Of a stretch of DNA of 45,019 nt, positions 36,090-45,019 are shown piece by piece. The stretch comes from a virus (lineage: Duplodnaviria; Heunggongvirae; Uroviricota; Caudoviricetes). The notes beneath the pieces were generated by a model. The model was not told where the DNA came from, made no database searches, and saw nothing but the letters and a program-made list of their open reading frames with translations. The translations under genes and the position numbers were made by a program. Every line of letters starts with the position of its first letter. Position 1 is the stretch's first letter. The DNA lies in IMG/VR virus record IMGVR_UViG_2687453529_000004; one strand, 5' to 3'.

Positions 36090-36392
36090 TCATTGTGTAC
36101 CCATTGATGTTCTTTTATATACCCTCAATACCCGTTTCATCGCGGCACTCTGGCGACACTCCTTAAAAATCAGATTCGTGCTCACCTTTCCTTCCCGTTC
36201 TTCTCTGGTAGCAAACCGGTAATACACCGTTCGCCAGACCTTACCTTCGATAGCCAGAAGACCTGCCCGTGCCATTTTAGCCGCAGCCTGATTTATGCTG
36301 GTTACCGTTGCGCCTGTTACCGCGGCAACGTCCTGCGCACAGAATTTCTTATGAGTCCCCAGGTAATGAATAATTGCCTCTTTGCCCGTCAT
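36090..36392 (-). CDS. ren: Ren protein
   Basis: 100 aa, MTGKEAIIHYLGTH...; matches recalled lambda Ren. Confidence 0.8.
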   Translation of the reverse strand: MTGKEAIIHYLGTHKKFCAQDVAAVTGATVTSINQAAAKMARAGLLAIEGKVWRTVYYRFATREEREGKVSTNLIFKECRQSAAMKRVLRVYKRTSMGTQ

Positions 36393-37090
36393 ACCCTTGC
36401 TCCTTTCAGCCCAAACTTAGCTTTGATTTCTGCGATCTTCGCCAGAGCCTGTGCACGATTTAGAGGTCTACCGCCCATGACAGGAAGTTGTTTTACTGGT
36501 TCAGGTATAGCCTCACCACGGTTAATTCGTGCGGTCATACAGGACAGTTCATCGGCAGCCTTGCGCCGTAATTCCGCGTCAGTCAACGCATTGGCCCGCA
36601 TGTTCTGATACAGGTTGGTAACCAGCCAGTAGTGCGCGTTTGATTTCCACGGATAAGACTCTGCATCCGGATACAGCCCGCGCTTCCGGCAATACTCGTA
36701 AACCATATCAACCAGCTCGCTGGCGTTTGGCAGCCCGGCGGTAACGGATGCTTCTTCCCGGCACCAGGCGACAAACTGCCCGGGTGATGGCAGGAATGGT
36801 CGATTCTGCCGACGGGCTACGCGCATTCCAGCGTTAACCTGTTCCATTGTGGTGATCCCGTTTTCCCGAAAAGCCAGCACCCACTGGCGGCGGATTTCGT
36901 TCAGTTCATTCTGGTCACGGTTAGCCAGGCTCGCCGGGAAAGTTGCCAGTAACTGGCTGAACACACCGTTGATGATCTGCGCTACCTGCTGTACCTGCGG
37001 CTTTTCGTCGTACTGTTCCGGCATGTTGTTGGCGATCCGACGCATCTGCTCACGGTCAAAGTTAACCATCTGTGCGGCGATGTTTTTCAT
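36389..37090 (-). CDS. P: Replication protein P (helicase loader)
   Basis: 233 aa, matches recalled lambda gpP. Confidence 0.9.
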   Translation of the reverse strand: MKNIAAQMVNFDREQMRRIANNMPEQYDEKPQVQQVAQIINGVFSQLLATFPASLANRDQNELNEIRRQWVLAFRENGITTMEQVNAGMRVARRQNRPFLPSPGQFVAWCREEASVTAGLPNASELVDMVYEYCRKRGLYPDAESYPWKSNAHYWLVTNLYQNMRANALTDAELRRKAADELSCMTARINRGEAIPEPVKQLPVMGGRPLNRAQALAKIAEIKAKFGLKGARV

Positions 37091-38016
37091 AAATCCACCC
37101 CGTAAATCCAGTCAGTGTTTGTCAGGTCGAGTTTTGGTTTGCTGGCTATCATGCCTGCCTGTTGCTTGTTACGGTTGATTTCGAGTTGGGTCCACTTGTC
37201 GCGGAGTTTGGCCGGACTTAGCACGTTACCGGACCAGAAGTTGTCCTGGCATGCCCAGCGGAAAAGCACGCACATGTCGCGGTGGTTACGTCCGTCACGT
37301 TCACGCATCAGGCGGATATCGTTAGCCCACCCTGCAAAATTCGGTTTTCTGGCTGATGGTGCGATGGTCTTCACCATGTCAAACATCCACTCTGCGGCGG
37401 TCAGGTCTTCTGCTGTCCCCCACTTGCTGCCGCTCTGAATTGCAGCATCTGGTTTCACCACAGGAAGATCGTTTTCTGGTTGGTCAGAGGATTCGCCAGA
37501 ATTCTCGGACGAAAAAGGTTTTATATTGTCTTTTGTTAGTTTGTCTTTTGTGTTTACCTGATTCGGGTAAACGCCTTTACCTGATTTGGGTAAACTTTTC
37601 TTACCTGATTCAGGTAAATTTACCTCTTTCAGGTAAACTTTATTTTTCTTACCTGATTCGGGTAATGTTGACCATTCACTGACCACATTATTAATACCGA
37701 TATTCCGCCCGCTCTGAATCAAAATCCCACGCTTTACCAGAACACTTTTTGCAGCAGAACACTTGTGCGGTAATATCCCGGTCAATCCGGACAGTTGCTC
37801 GTTGCTCACCCAATCCAGTTTTTTATTAAAGCCATATGTTTTGCGCATGACAGCCAGGAAGACCAGAAGCTGGTGCTGTGTTAATCCGGCCAGCATCACA
37901 GCTTCCAGCAACTCATTTGCAATGCGCGTATAACCATCATCGAGATCTGCCACGCGCGGCTCCTTTTGTGCCGCATCCGGCACTGGAAAATTGAATATCT
38001 CAGCAGTGTTTGCCAT
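37087..38016 (-). CDS. O: Replication initiator protein O
   Basis: Start MANTAEIFNF with GGAGG RBS; N-terminal DNA-binding domain differs from lambda O; iterons inside the gene; C-terminal region lambda-O-like. Confidence 0.85.
   Translation of the reverse strand: MANTAEIFNFPVPDAAQKEPRVADLDDGYTRIANELLEAVMLAGLTQHQLLVFLAVMRKTYGFNKKLDWVSNEQLSGLTGILPHKCSAAKSVLVKRGILIQSGRNIGINNVVSEWSTLPESGKKNKVYLKEVNLPESGKKSLPKSGKGVYPNQVNTKDKLTKDNIKPFSSENSGESSDQPENDLPVVKPDAAIQSGSKWGTAEDLTAAEWMFDMVKTIAPSARKPNFAGWANDIRLMRERDGRNHRDMCVLFRWACQDNFWSGNVLSPAKLRDKWTQLEINRNKQQAGMIASKPKLDLTNTDWIYGVDL
37553..37669. repeat. Replication origin iterons within O (five ~19 bp TTACCTGATTCGGGTAA-like repeats)
   Basis: Five direct repeats with ~22 bp periodicity, each an internal palindrome; adjacent AT-rich stretch at ~37500-37545. 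Confidence 0.75.
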
Positions 38017-38102
38017 AATTCCTCCCGCAATGAGTGTGTTACGATTTGCACCTGAAAGTCGGTTCTGTTCCAGCAGACCGGCTTTCGCCATTTCTGAACC
38101 TG

Positions 38103-38642
38103 TCATATCGCCCCCAGCATGGTAGTAACCATCGCCATCAATGGACCAGCCAGATCTGGGTCCACACGAAACATCGATACAATACCTTCACTAATTTCCT
38201 TCAGTTTCTGGTGGCGTGGTGCGTTGAGAATGACAGCCTGTTTTGCCTCACTGAGTTCCTTTTCCATTTCAGCCAACCTGGCCATGAAGCTATCCTGCTC
38301 AACCAGGTAACCGCGATATTCCAGCGGTAGTACCGCCAGAATTGCCGGGGTCAGTTCACGCACGTTATTTCGGTATTTTTCAGAATCGAATTTGTTATCG
38401 AGGAAGCGGAACAGCTTCTGGCGTGCACGGCTGACATCATCAGGGAAATCGATGGTGCCGCCGCCCTGCTCCCGATACTCATTCACAATGAGTGTGGCAA
38501 CGACATCCTGATTATCTACAGCCGACCAGGCGCGGACGGCATCACGGATTTTTTCGTGGCCTGGCACCTGTTTTGTTTGAGAACGATTTATCACCGCAGT
38601 CGGGCTAAATCCGCTAGTCTGTTGGTATGGAAGTGGTTGCAT
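38103..38642 (-). CDS. CII-like / YdaT-like early regulatory protein
   Basis: 179 aa ORF in the cII position immediately after cro; family assignment tentative. Confidence 0.45.
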   Translation of the reverse strand: MQPLPYQQTSGFSPTAVINRSQTKQVPGHEKIRDAVRAWSAVDNQDVVATLIVNEYREQGGGTIDFPDDVSRARQKLFRFLDNKFDSEKYRNNVRELTPAILAVLPLEYRGYLVEQDSFMARLAEMEKELSEAKQAVILNAPRHQKLKEISEGIVSMFRVDPDLAGPLMAMVTTMLGAI

Positions 38643-38711
38643 AATTGACTCCTTTAGTTTGAATTGACTGTTAAGTTGATTGCTTATTGTTAAAGAGCGT
38701 GAAATGGAAAT

Positions 38712-38942
38712 TTAAGCTGCGTTCTTTTCGGTGTGTGGAAACAACTTCGGAAGATCCGGGCGAATCTGGTATGCCTTCACTACTCCACCAGTAGCCGTAA
38801 CAATGCTGCCGACATGTTCAGGGGATACCTTTGCTTTGTTGTGAAGCCACTTATAGACGGCCTGCTGTGAAACTTCGCAAGCAGCGCCCAGTTTCTTTTG
38901 TGAACCAACGATATTGATCGCTGTTTTGATAGCTGGGTTCAT
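38712..38942 (-). CDS. cro: Cro-like repressor
   Basis: 76 aa HTH protein (QKKLGAACEVSQQAVYKW) divergent from cI, GGAGG RBS. Confidence 0.7.
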   Translation of the reverse strand: MNPAIKTAINIVGSQKKLGAACEVSQQAVYKWLHNKAKVSPEHVGSIVTATGGVVKAYQIRPDLPKLFPHTEKNAA

Positions 38943-39046
38943 AACAACCTCCGTGGTTAATTTGAATCAAGATTAAAACTATGGTTGTTTTTAGTCAACA
39001 ACCATTTTCGTTTGATGGAATAAAACCTTGGTTGTACATTTGGACT
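38943..39046. promoter_or_regulatory. oR / pR / pRM divergent promoter-operator region
   Basis: Minus-strand TTGACT-17-TAATCT (pR) upstream of cro; + strand TTGATG-17-TACATT near-leaderless before cI; several CAAC...GTTG palindromes. Confidence 0.6.
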
Positions 39047-39736
39047 ATGAAAACAACACTCTCAGAAAGACTTAAAGAAGCCAGATTAGCGCGAGGCCTT
39101 ACACAAAAGGCGCTTGGGGATTTGGTCGGGGTTAGCCAGGCTGCTATTCAGAAAATCGAAACAGGGAAAGCTAATCAAACAACTAAAATCGTGGAGATCG
39201 CGAACGCTTTGGGTGTGCGCGCAGAATGGTTATCTTCTGGCGTTGGAAATATGTCAGACAGTACAGTGCAACCAATACAATCAACTGTCAGCCATTCCAA
39301 ATACTTCAAGATTGACGTTCTTGATATAGAAGTCAGTGCTGGGCCGGGAGTCATCAACCGTGAGTTTGTAGAAGTTCTACGCTCGGTTGAGTACTCGTTT
39401 GACGATGCTCGTCACATGTTCGATGGTAGGAAGGCGGAAAATATCCGCATCATTAACGTGCGTGGTGACAGCATGTCAGGAACGATCGAACCAGGTGATC
39501 TGCTGTTCGTTGATATCACAGTTAAATCTTTCGACGGTGATGGTATCTATGCGTTTCTGTACGACGACACAGCCCATGTAAAGCGCCTGCAAATGATGAA
39601 GGATAAGCTGCTGGTCATCTCTGATAACAAAAGCTACTCACCGTGGGACCCGATCGAGAAAGACGAGATGAACCGGGTGTTCATCTTCGGTAAGGTTATT
39701 GGGAGCATGCCGCAGACATATAGGAAGCATGGGTAG
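39047..39736 (+). CDS. cI: CI-type prophage repressor (HTH plus S24 LexA-like peptidase domain)
   Basis: 229 aa from MKTTLSERLKEAR; HTH QKALGDLVGVSQAAIQKIE; C-terminal GDSM Ser and downstream Lys motifs. Confidence 0.85.
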   Translation: MKTTLSERLKEARLARGLTQKALGDLVGVSQAAIQKIETGKANQTTKIVEIANALGVRAEWLSSGVGNMSDSTVQPIQSTVSHSKYFKIDVLDIEVSAGPGVINREFVEVLRSVEYSFDDARHMFDGRKAENIRIINVRGDSMSGTIEPGDLLFVDITVKSFDGDGIYAFLYDDTAHVKRLQMMKDKLLVISDNKSYSPWDPIEKDEMNRVFIFGKVIGSMPQTYRKHG

Positions 39737-39857
39737 TACCAATTAAAAATTATCAACTGGGCATTGTGCTCATTCAGTAAAGAACTAATTCCTATCTTTG
39801 CTCTAGGTAGTAATATTAAGCCACCGCAATAATATCTTTACCTAACGGCGTAAGAAT

Positions 39858-39885
39858 CCCGGTCACCGTGCCGGGTTTTCTTTTG
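39858..39885 (+). terminator. Rho-independent terminator after cI
   Basis: CCCGG-N8-CCGGG hairpin followed by TTTTCTTTT. Confidence 0.5.
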
Positions 39886-40004
39886 CCCTCCCCTCATCAC
39901 ACACACCGTTAAAAAAACCACCATAACCTCGCTTCAGTTATCGCTATGCGATTCAAGTCACAAAATAAATCCATCCTAAATACAACCAGTTATATCTAAA
40001 ACAA

Positions 40005-40085
40005 CCAATAAAACAACTTTTGTTGTTGACGATAAAACAACTATAGTTTTAAATAAGTTCATCGCAACAACACAACGATACGGCA
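40005..40085 (+). promoter_or_regulatory. pL-like promoter with operator palindromes (oL)
   Basis: TTGACG-17-TTAAAT on the + strand; palindromes CAACTTTTGTTG and AACTATAGTT overlap it. Confidence 0.5.
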
Positions 40086-40330
40086 ACTACCTGATTCACC
40101 GTTGCGATGACCGCTTAGATCCGCAGTTTGAATTTCAGCAGGCTTCGGGGAGTGCGAGGGGTGAAACGGACGCGTGAACGTCGGTGTGACCAGCTGAAAT
40201 TAACTCAACATTTCATACCTCAGTCGCTTCAACGAGGCGGCTTAGTTATGACAACCGGCGGCCATCCACCGCCTGAATATGCGCAGAAGTCTCTATATGT
40301 TCAGCAGCCCAGCTTACGGGCGGAGTTTTT

Positions 40331-40537
40331 ATGGTTCATCAACATTACGGAACACAGACCGTTAATCGCGGCGCGGTCATGCCAGGAATGCTGGTCAAAC
40401 ACAAAGATGGTACCTGGACTGCATCAGCTAATTTACGCGGACGGCTTTATCTGCATCGCGGCATCGAGCGCACTTATACCAGTGATTTGCTCGTGGAAGT
40501 TTTTCTCGACGGACGCGGTAACGGCCTGAATCACTAA
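40331..40537 (+). CDS. Hypothetical protein (68 aa) between pL and gam
   Basis: ORF only; ends exactly where lambda-like gam leader sequence begins. Confidence 0.3.
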   Translation: MVHQHYGTQTVNRGAVMPGMLVKHKDGTWTASANLRGRLYLHRGIERTYTSDLLVEVFLDGRGNGLNH

Positions 40538-40613
40538 CCCCCCTTTCCTGTTTTCCTAATCAGCCTGGCATTTCGCGGGCGATATTTTCACAGCCATTTT
40601 CAGGAGTTCAGCC

Positions 40614-40910
40614 ATGAACGCTTATTACATTCAGGATCGTCTTGAGGCTCAGAGCTGGGCGCGTCACTACCAGCAGCTCGCCCGTGAAGAGAAAGAGGCA
40701 GAACTGGCAGACGACATGGAAAAAGGTCTGCCCCAGCACCTGTTTGAATCACTCTGCATCGATCATTTACAACGCCACGGGGCCAGCAAAAAAGCCATTA
40801 CCCGTGCGTTTGATGACGATGTTGAGTTTCAGGAGCGCATGGCAGAACACATCCGGTACATGGTTGAAACCATTGCTCACCACCAGGTTGATATTGATTC
40901 AGAGGTATAA
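40614..40910 (+). CDS. gam: Gam, RecBCD inhibitor (short GamS form)
   Basis: 98 aa [42 protein letters not shown]...; matches recalled lambda GamS. Confidence 0.85.
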   Translation: MNAYYIQDRLEAQSWARHYQQLAREEKEAELADDMEKGLPQHLFESLCIDHLQRHGASKKAITRAFDDDVEFQERMAEHIRYMVETIAHHQVDIDSEV

Positions 40911-40915
40911 AACGG

Positions 40916-41701
40916 ATGAGTACAGCACTCGCAACGCTGGCTGGGAAGCTGGCTGAACGCGTCGGCATGGATTCTGTCGACCCACAGGAACTGATCACCA
41001 CTCTTCGCCAGACGGCATTTAAAGGTGATGCCAGCGATGCGCAGTTCATCGCATTGCTGATCGTCGCCAACCAGTACGGCCTTAATCCGTGGACGAAAGA
41101 AATTTACGCCTTCCCTGACAAGCAGAACGGCATCGTTCCGGTGGTGGGCGTTGATGGCTGGCCCCGTATCATCAATGAAAACCAGCAGTTTGATGGCATG
41201 GACTTTGAGCAGGACAATGAATCCTGCACATGCCGGATTTACCGCAAGGACCGCAATCATCCGATCTGCGTTACCGAGTGGATGGATGAATGCCGCCGCG
41301 AACCATTCAAAACCCGCGAAGGCAGAGAAATCACGGGGCCGTGGCAGTCGCATCCCAAACGGATGTTACGGCATAAAGCCATGATTCAGTGTGCCCGTCT
41401 CGCCTTCGGATTTGCTGGTATCTATGACAAGGATGAAGCCGAGCGCATTGTCGAAAATACCGCATACACTGCAGAACGTCAGCCGGAACGCGACATCACT
41501 CCGGTTAACGATGAAACCATGCGGGAGATTAACACTCTGCTGATCGCCCTGGATAAAACATGGAATGACGACTTATTGCCGCTCTGTTCCCAGATATTTC
41601 GCCGCGACATTCGCGCATCGTCAGAACTGACACAGGCCGAAGCAGTGAAAGCTCTTGGTTTCCTGAAACAGAAAGCCACTGAGCAGAAGGTGGCAGCATG
41701 A
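40916..41701 (+). CDS. bet: Bet single-strand annealing recombinase
   Basis: 261 aa, matches recalled lambda Bet. Confidence 0.95.
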   Translation: MSTALATLAGKLAERVGMDSVDPQELITTLRQTAFKGDASDAQFIALLIVANQYGLNPWTKEIYAFPDKQNGIVPVVGVDGWPRIINENQQFDGMDFEQDNESCTCRIYRKDRNHPICVTEWMDECRREPFKTREGREITGPWQSHPKRMLRHKAMIQCARLAFGFAGIYDKDEAERIVENTAYTAERQPERDITPVNDETMREINTLLIALDKTWNDDLLPLCSQIFRRDIRASSELTQAEAVKALGFLKQKATEQKVAA

Positions 41702-42378
41702 CACCGGACATTATCCTGCAGCGTACCGGGATCGACGTGAGAGCTGTCGAACAGGGGGATGATGCATGGCACAAATTACGGCTCGGCGTCATCACCGCTT
41801 CAGAAGTTCACAACGTGATAGCCAAGCCCCGCTCAGGAAAGAAGTGGCCTGACATGAAAATGTCCTACTTCCACACCCTGCTGGCTGAGGTTTGCACCGG
41901 TGTGGCTCCGGAAGTTAATGCTAAGGCGCTGGCATGGGGAAAACAGTACGAGAACGACGCCAGAACTCTGTTTGAATTCACTTCCGGCGTGAATGTTACT
42001 GAATCCCCGATCATCTATCGCGACGAAAGTATGCGCACCGCCTGCTCTCCCGATGGTTTATGCAGTGACGGCAATGGCCTTGAGCTGAAATGCCCGTTTA
42101 CCTCCCGGGATTTCATGAAGTTCCGGCTCGGTGGTTTCGAGGCCATAAAGTCGGCTTACATGGCCCAGGTGCAGTACAGCATGTGGGTGACACGAAAAGA
42201 TGCCTGGTACTTTGCCAACTATGACCCGCGTATGAAGCGTGAAGGACTGCATTATGTCGTGGTTGAGCGGGATGAAAAGTACATGGCGAGTTTTGACGAG
42301 ATGGTGCCGGAGTTCATCGAAAAAATGGACGAGGCACTGGCTGAAATTGGTTTTGTATTTGGGGAGCAATGGCGATGA
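41698..42378 (+). CDS. exo: Exo 5'-3' exonuclease
   Basis: 226 aa, matches recalled lambda Exo. Confidence 0.95.
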   Translation: MTPDIILQRTGIDVRAVEQGDDAWHKLRLGVITASEVHNVIAKPRSGKKWPDMKMSYFHTLLAEVCTGVAPEVNAKALAWGKQYENDARTLFEFTSGVNVTESPIIYRDESMRTACSPDGLCSDGNGLELKCPFTSRDFMKFRLGGFEAIKSAYMAQVQYSMWVTRKDAWYFANYDPRMKREGLHYVVVERDEKYMASFDEMVPEFIEKMDEALAEIGFVFGEQWR

Positions 42379-42557
42379 CGCATCCTCACGATAATATCCG
42401 GGTAGGCGCGATCACTTTCGTCTACTCCGTTACAAAGCGAGGCTGGGTATTTCCCGGCCTTTCTGTTATCAGAAATCCACTGAAAGCACAGCGGCTGGCT
42501 GAGAAGATAAATAATAAACGGGAGGCGGTATGCACAAAGCATCTCCTGTTGAGTTAA
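42369..42557 (+). CDS. Lambda orf60a-like protein
   Basis: 62 aa, [20 protein letters not shown]...; position immediately after exo. Confidence 0.6.
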   Translation: MAMTHPHDNIRVGAITFVYSVTKRGWVFPGLSVIRNPLKAQRLAEKINNKREAVCTKHLLLS

Positions 42558-42721
42558 GAACGAGTATTGAGATGGCACATAGCCTTGCTCAAATTGGAGT
42601 CAGGTTTGTGCCAATACCAGTAGAAACAGACGAAGAATTTCATACGTTAGCCACATCCCTTTCACAAAAGCTGGAAATGATGGTGGCGAAAGCAGAAGCA
42701 GATGAGAGAGACCAGGTATGA
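42530..42721 (+). CDS. Lambda orf63-like protein
   Basis: 63 aa; position as in lambda. Confidence 0.6.
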   Translation: MHKASPVELRTSIEMAHSLAQIGVRFVPIPVETDEEFHTLATSLSQKLEMMVAKAEADERDQV

Positions 42722-43112
42722 CAACCACTGAATGCATTTTTCTGGCAGCGGGCTTCATATTCTGTGTGCTTATGCTTGCCGACATGGGGCTTGTTTAATG
42801 ACACCTCAGCAAGAAAACGCCCTTCGCAGCATTGCCCGTCAGGCTAATTCTGAAATCAAAAAAAGCCAGACAGCAGTTTCCGGATAAAAACGTCGATGAC
42901 ATTTGCCGTAGCGTACTGAAGAAGCACCGCGAAACGGTAACGCTGATGGGATTCACACCAACTCATTTAAGCCTGGCGATCGGCATGTTAAACGGCGTCT
43001 TTAAGGAACGATGAACATGAAAAGCAAAATTATCAGGGAGCTACAGGCTCCTTTTTTATTGTTCGCATTCACCCTCAAGCGTATTAACCAACAGTTCAGG
43101 GATTAATGAAAG

Positions 43113-43331
43113 ATGGCAGACATCATTGATTCAGCATCAGAAATCGAAGAATTACAGCGCAATACAGCAATAAAAATGCGTCGTCAGAACTACCAGACTG
43201 TATCCGCAACTCATTGTTGTGAGTGTGGCGATCCGATAGCTGAGCGAAGACGCCTGGCTGTTCAGGGTTGTCGGACTTGTGCAAGTTGCCAGGAGGAGAT
43301 CGAACTTAAGAACAAACAATGGGGACTGTGA
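43113..43331 (+). CDS. TraR/DksA-family C4 zinc-finger protein
   Basis: 72 aa with CxxC-N17-CxxC (CCECGDPIAERRRLAVQGCRTCASCQEE). Confidence 0.8.
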   Translation: MADIIDSASEIEELQRNTAIKMRRQNYQTVSATHCCECGDPIAERRRLAVQGCRTCASCQEEIELKNKQWGL

Positions 43332-43378
43332 TGGCCTCAAAGCAGCAAATTTCAACATCGTCCAACTGAGGTGTAAAA

Positions 43379-43657
43379 ATGTTCAGAATCATTTTTCCTA
43401 ACACCTGGTACGTCGACCACCACGGCACTCCCTGCAAAATCCTGCGTTCTACCCACAACAAAGTTCACTACATCCGAAAAGGCAGAACATGTATCGCCAG
43501 CATGTTCCGCTTTAATCATGACTTTGAACCTGTGAATAAAGCTGATGCAGATCGGATAGCAGAAGAGATCGAAACGGCAGAACACATTAAGAAGTTACGT
43601 GACATGCGTTCAAAAAGCAGAGGTAACCATGGAATCATACAGCCTCACACTCGATGA
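43379..43657 (+). CDS. Hypothetical protein (92 aa)
   Basis: ORF only. Confidence 0.4.
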   Translation: MFRIIFPNTWYVDHHGTPCKILRSTHNKVHYIRKGRTCIASMFRFNHDFEPVNKADADRIAEEIETAEHIKKLRDMRSKSRGNHGIIQPHTR

Positions 43658-44000
43658 GGCCTGTCAGTTTCTTAAGATATCCAGACCAACCGCCACCAAC
43701 TGGATACGAACAGGCCGCCTACAGGCAACACGTAAAGATCCAACCAAGCCAAAATCTCCTTACCTCACAACACGGCAAGCCTGCATTGCGGCGCTTCAGT
43801 CTCCGCTGCATACTGTCCAGGTGAGCGCGGGTGATGGCATAACAGAGGAAAGAAAATGTCACTCTTCCGCAGAAATGAAATATGGTATGCCTCGTATTCG
43901 CTCCCGGGCGGGAAACGAATTAAGGAATCTCTTGGCACAAAGGACAAGCGGCAAGCTCAGGAGTTGCACGACAAGCGAAAAGCAGAACTCTGGCGAGTAG
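43629..44000 (+). CDS. xis: Excisionase-like DNA-binding protein, overlapping int start
   Basis: ORF from [31 protein letters not shown] (HTH-like) directly upstream of and overlapping int; exact stop uncertain. Confidence 0.5.
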   Translation: MESYSLTLDEACQFLKISRPTATNWIRTGRLQATRKDPTKPKSPYLTTRQACIAALQSPLHTVQVSAGDGITEERKCHSSAEMKYGMPRIRSRAGNELRNLLAQRTSGKLRSCTTSEKQNSGE

Positions 44001-45019
44001 AAAAGCTAGGGGATTTACCTGATGTCACTTTTGAAGAGGCCTGCCTAAGATGGCTTGAGGAAAAAGCTGATAAAAAATCTCTCGATTCAGATAAAAGCCG
44101 GATTGAGTTCTGGCTTGAACATTTTGAGGGTATAAGGCTTAAAGATATCTCGGAGGCAAAGATTTACTCTGCTGTAAGCAGAATGCATAACAGAAAGACG
44201 AAAGAAATATGGAAACAGAAAGTTCAGGCCGCCATCAGGAAAGGTAAAGAACTGCCTGTTTATGAACCAAAGCCAGTATCAACTCAGACAAAGGCAAAGC
44301 ATCTTGCCATGATAAAGGCCATTCTCCGTGCTGCAGAACGCGACTGGAAGTGGCTGGAAAAAGCGCCTGTCATCAAGATACCAGCGGTCAGAAACAAGCG
44401 AGTCAGATGGCTGGAAAAGGAGGAAGCAAAACGCCTTATTGATGAGTGCCCCGAACCACTGAAATCTGTCGTCAAGTTTGCGCTGGCAACTGGTCTGAGA
44501 AAGTCGAACATCATAAATCTGGAATGGCAACAAATCGACATGCAGCGACGAGTTGCCTGGGTGAATCCAGAAGAGAGCAAATCAAACCGCGCCATTGGTG
44601 TGGCGCTGAACGATACCGCCTGTAAAGTGTTGCGTGATCAAATAGGCAAGCATCACAAATGGGTGTTTGTACATACCAAGGCGGCTAAGCGAGCAGATGG
44701 AACATCAACGCCTGCGGTCAGGAAGATGCGCATCGACAGCAAGACATCATGGCTATCAGCTTGTCGTCGTGCAGGAATTGAAGATTTCCGTTTCCATGAC
44801 CTCAGACACACCTGGGCAAGCTGGCTGATTCAGTCAGGCGTCCCATTATCAGTGCTTCAGGAAATGGGCGGATGGGAGTCCATAGAAATGGTTCGTAGGT
44901 ATGCTCACCTTGCGCCTAATCATTTGACAGAGCATGCGAGGAAAATAGACGACATTTTTGGTGATAATGTCCCAAATATGTCCCACTCTGGAATTATGGA
45001 GGATATAAAGAAGGCGTAA
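43856..45019 (+). CDS. intD: Tyrosine site-specific integrase (IntD-like)
   Basis: 387 aa; C-terminal catalytic motifs HDLRHTWAS and RRYAH-type Tyr region; matches recalled DLP12 IntD; stop at window end. Confidence 0.9.
   Translation: MSLFRRNEIWYASYSLPGGKRIKESLGTKDKRQAQELHDKRKAELWRVEKLGDLPDVTFEEACLRWLEEKADKKSLDSDKSRIEFWLEHFEGIRLKDISEAKIYSAVSRMHNRKTKEIWKQKVQAAIRKGKELPVYEPKPVSTQTKAKHLAMIKAILRAAERDWKWLEKAPVIKIPAVRNKRVRWLEKEEAKRLIDECPEPLKSVVKFALATGLRKSNIINLEWQQIDMQRRVAWVNPEESKSNRAIGVALNDTACKVLRDQIGKHHKWVFVHTKAAKRADGTSTPAVRKMRIDSKTSWLSACRRAGIEDFRFHDLRHTWASWLIQSGVPLSVLQEMGGWESIEMVRRYAHLAPNHLTEHARKIDDIFGDNVPNMSHSGIMEDIKKA

Noticed and set aside
37553-37669. Short direct repeats that might suggest a CRISPR array
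   Set aside because: Five 19 bp iterons with no unique spacers, inside replication gene O; classic ori iterons
40128-40529. 133 aa ORF with Arg-rich N-terminus, as a possible N-like antiterminator
   Set aside because: Apart from the Arg-rich start, the sequence does not resemble N proteins and overlaps the pL region; no boxB-like hairpin identified; left unannotated
42718-43014. Possible frameshifted lambda orf61 (26-codon ORF MTTTECIFLAAGFIFCVLMLADMGLV followed by out-of-frame ORFs, A7 run at 42856-42862)
   Set aside because: I do not recall the lambda orf61 sequence well enough to decide between truncation, frameshift or natural divergence

Overview
The window is almost entirely one lambdoid prophage, a mosaic of lambda-type late/structural and recombination genes with DLP12-type integration, nin and lysis modules. 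All protein identifications are from reading the translations and from memory of lambda and E. coli K-12 prophage proteins; no database search was run. On the + strand the order is: AppY-like AraC regulator (1-750), tail fibres, lom, J, K-I, L, M, H, T, G, V, U, Z, FII, FI, E, D, C/Nu3, B, W, A, Nu1 (all minus strand), an internal cos site (~24.9 kb), the lysis cassette, a cargo island between Q and the holin (lipocalin, DUF523-DUF1722 protein, AraC regulator), the nin-like region, an unassigned island, serine recombinase plus emrE, ren-P-O with ori iterons, the cro/cI immunity region, gam-bet-exo, a TraR-like protein, and xis-int (+ strand, integrase ending at the window edge). The structural module looks damaged: portal gene B and tape-measure gene H each carry an apparent single-base frameshift, and K and I are fused in frame. 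No known defence system was recognised. The best candidates for something undescribed are (i) an ORF-free, hairpin-rich ~460 bp segment with its own promoter-like signal flanked by two unassignable small genes (32.6-33.8 kb), and (ii) the three-gene cargo island between Q and the holin. Both are inference only.
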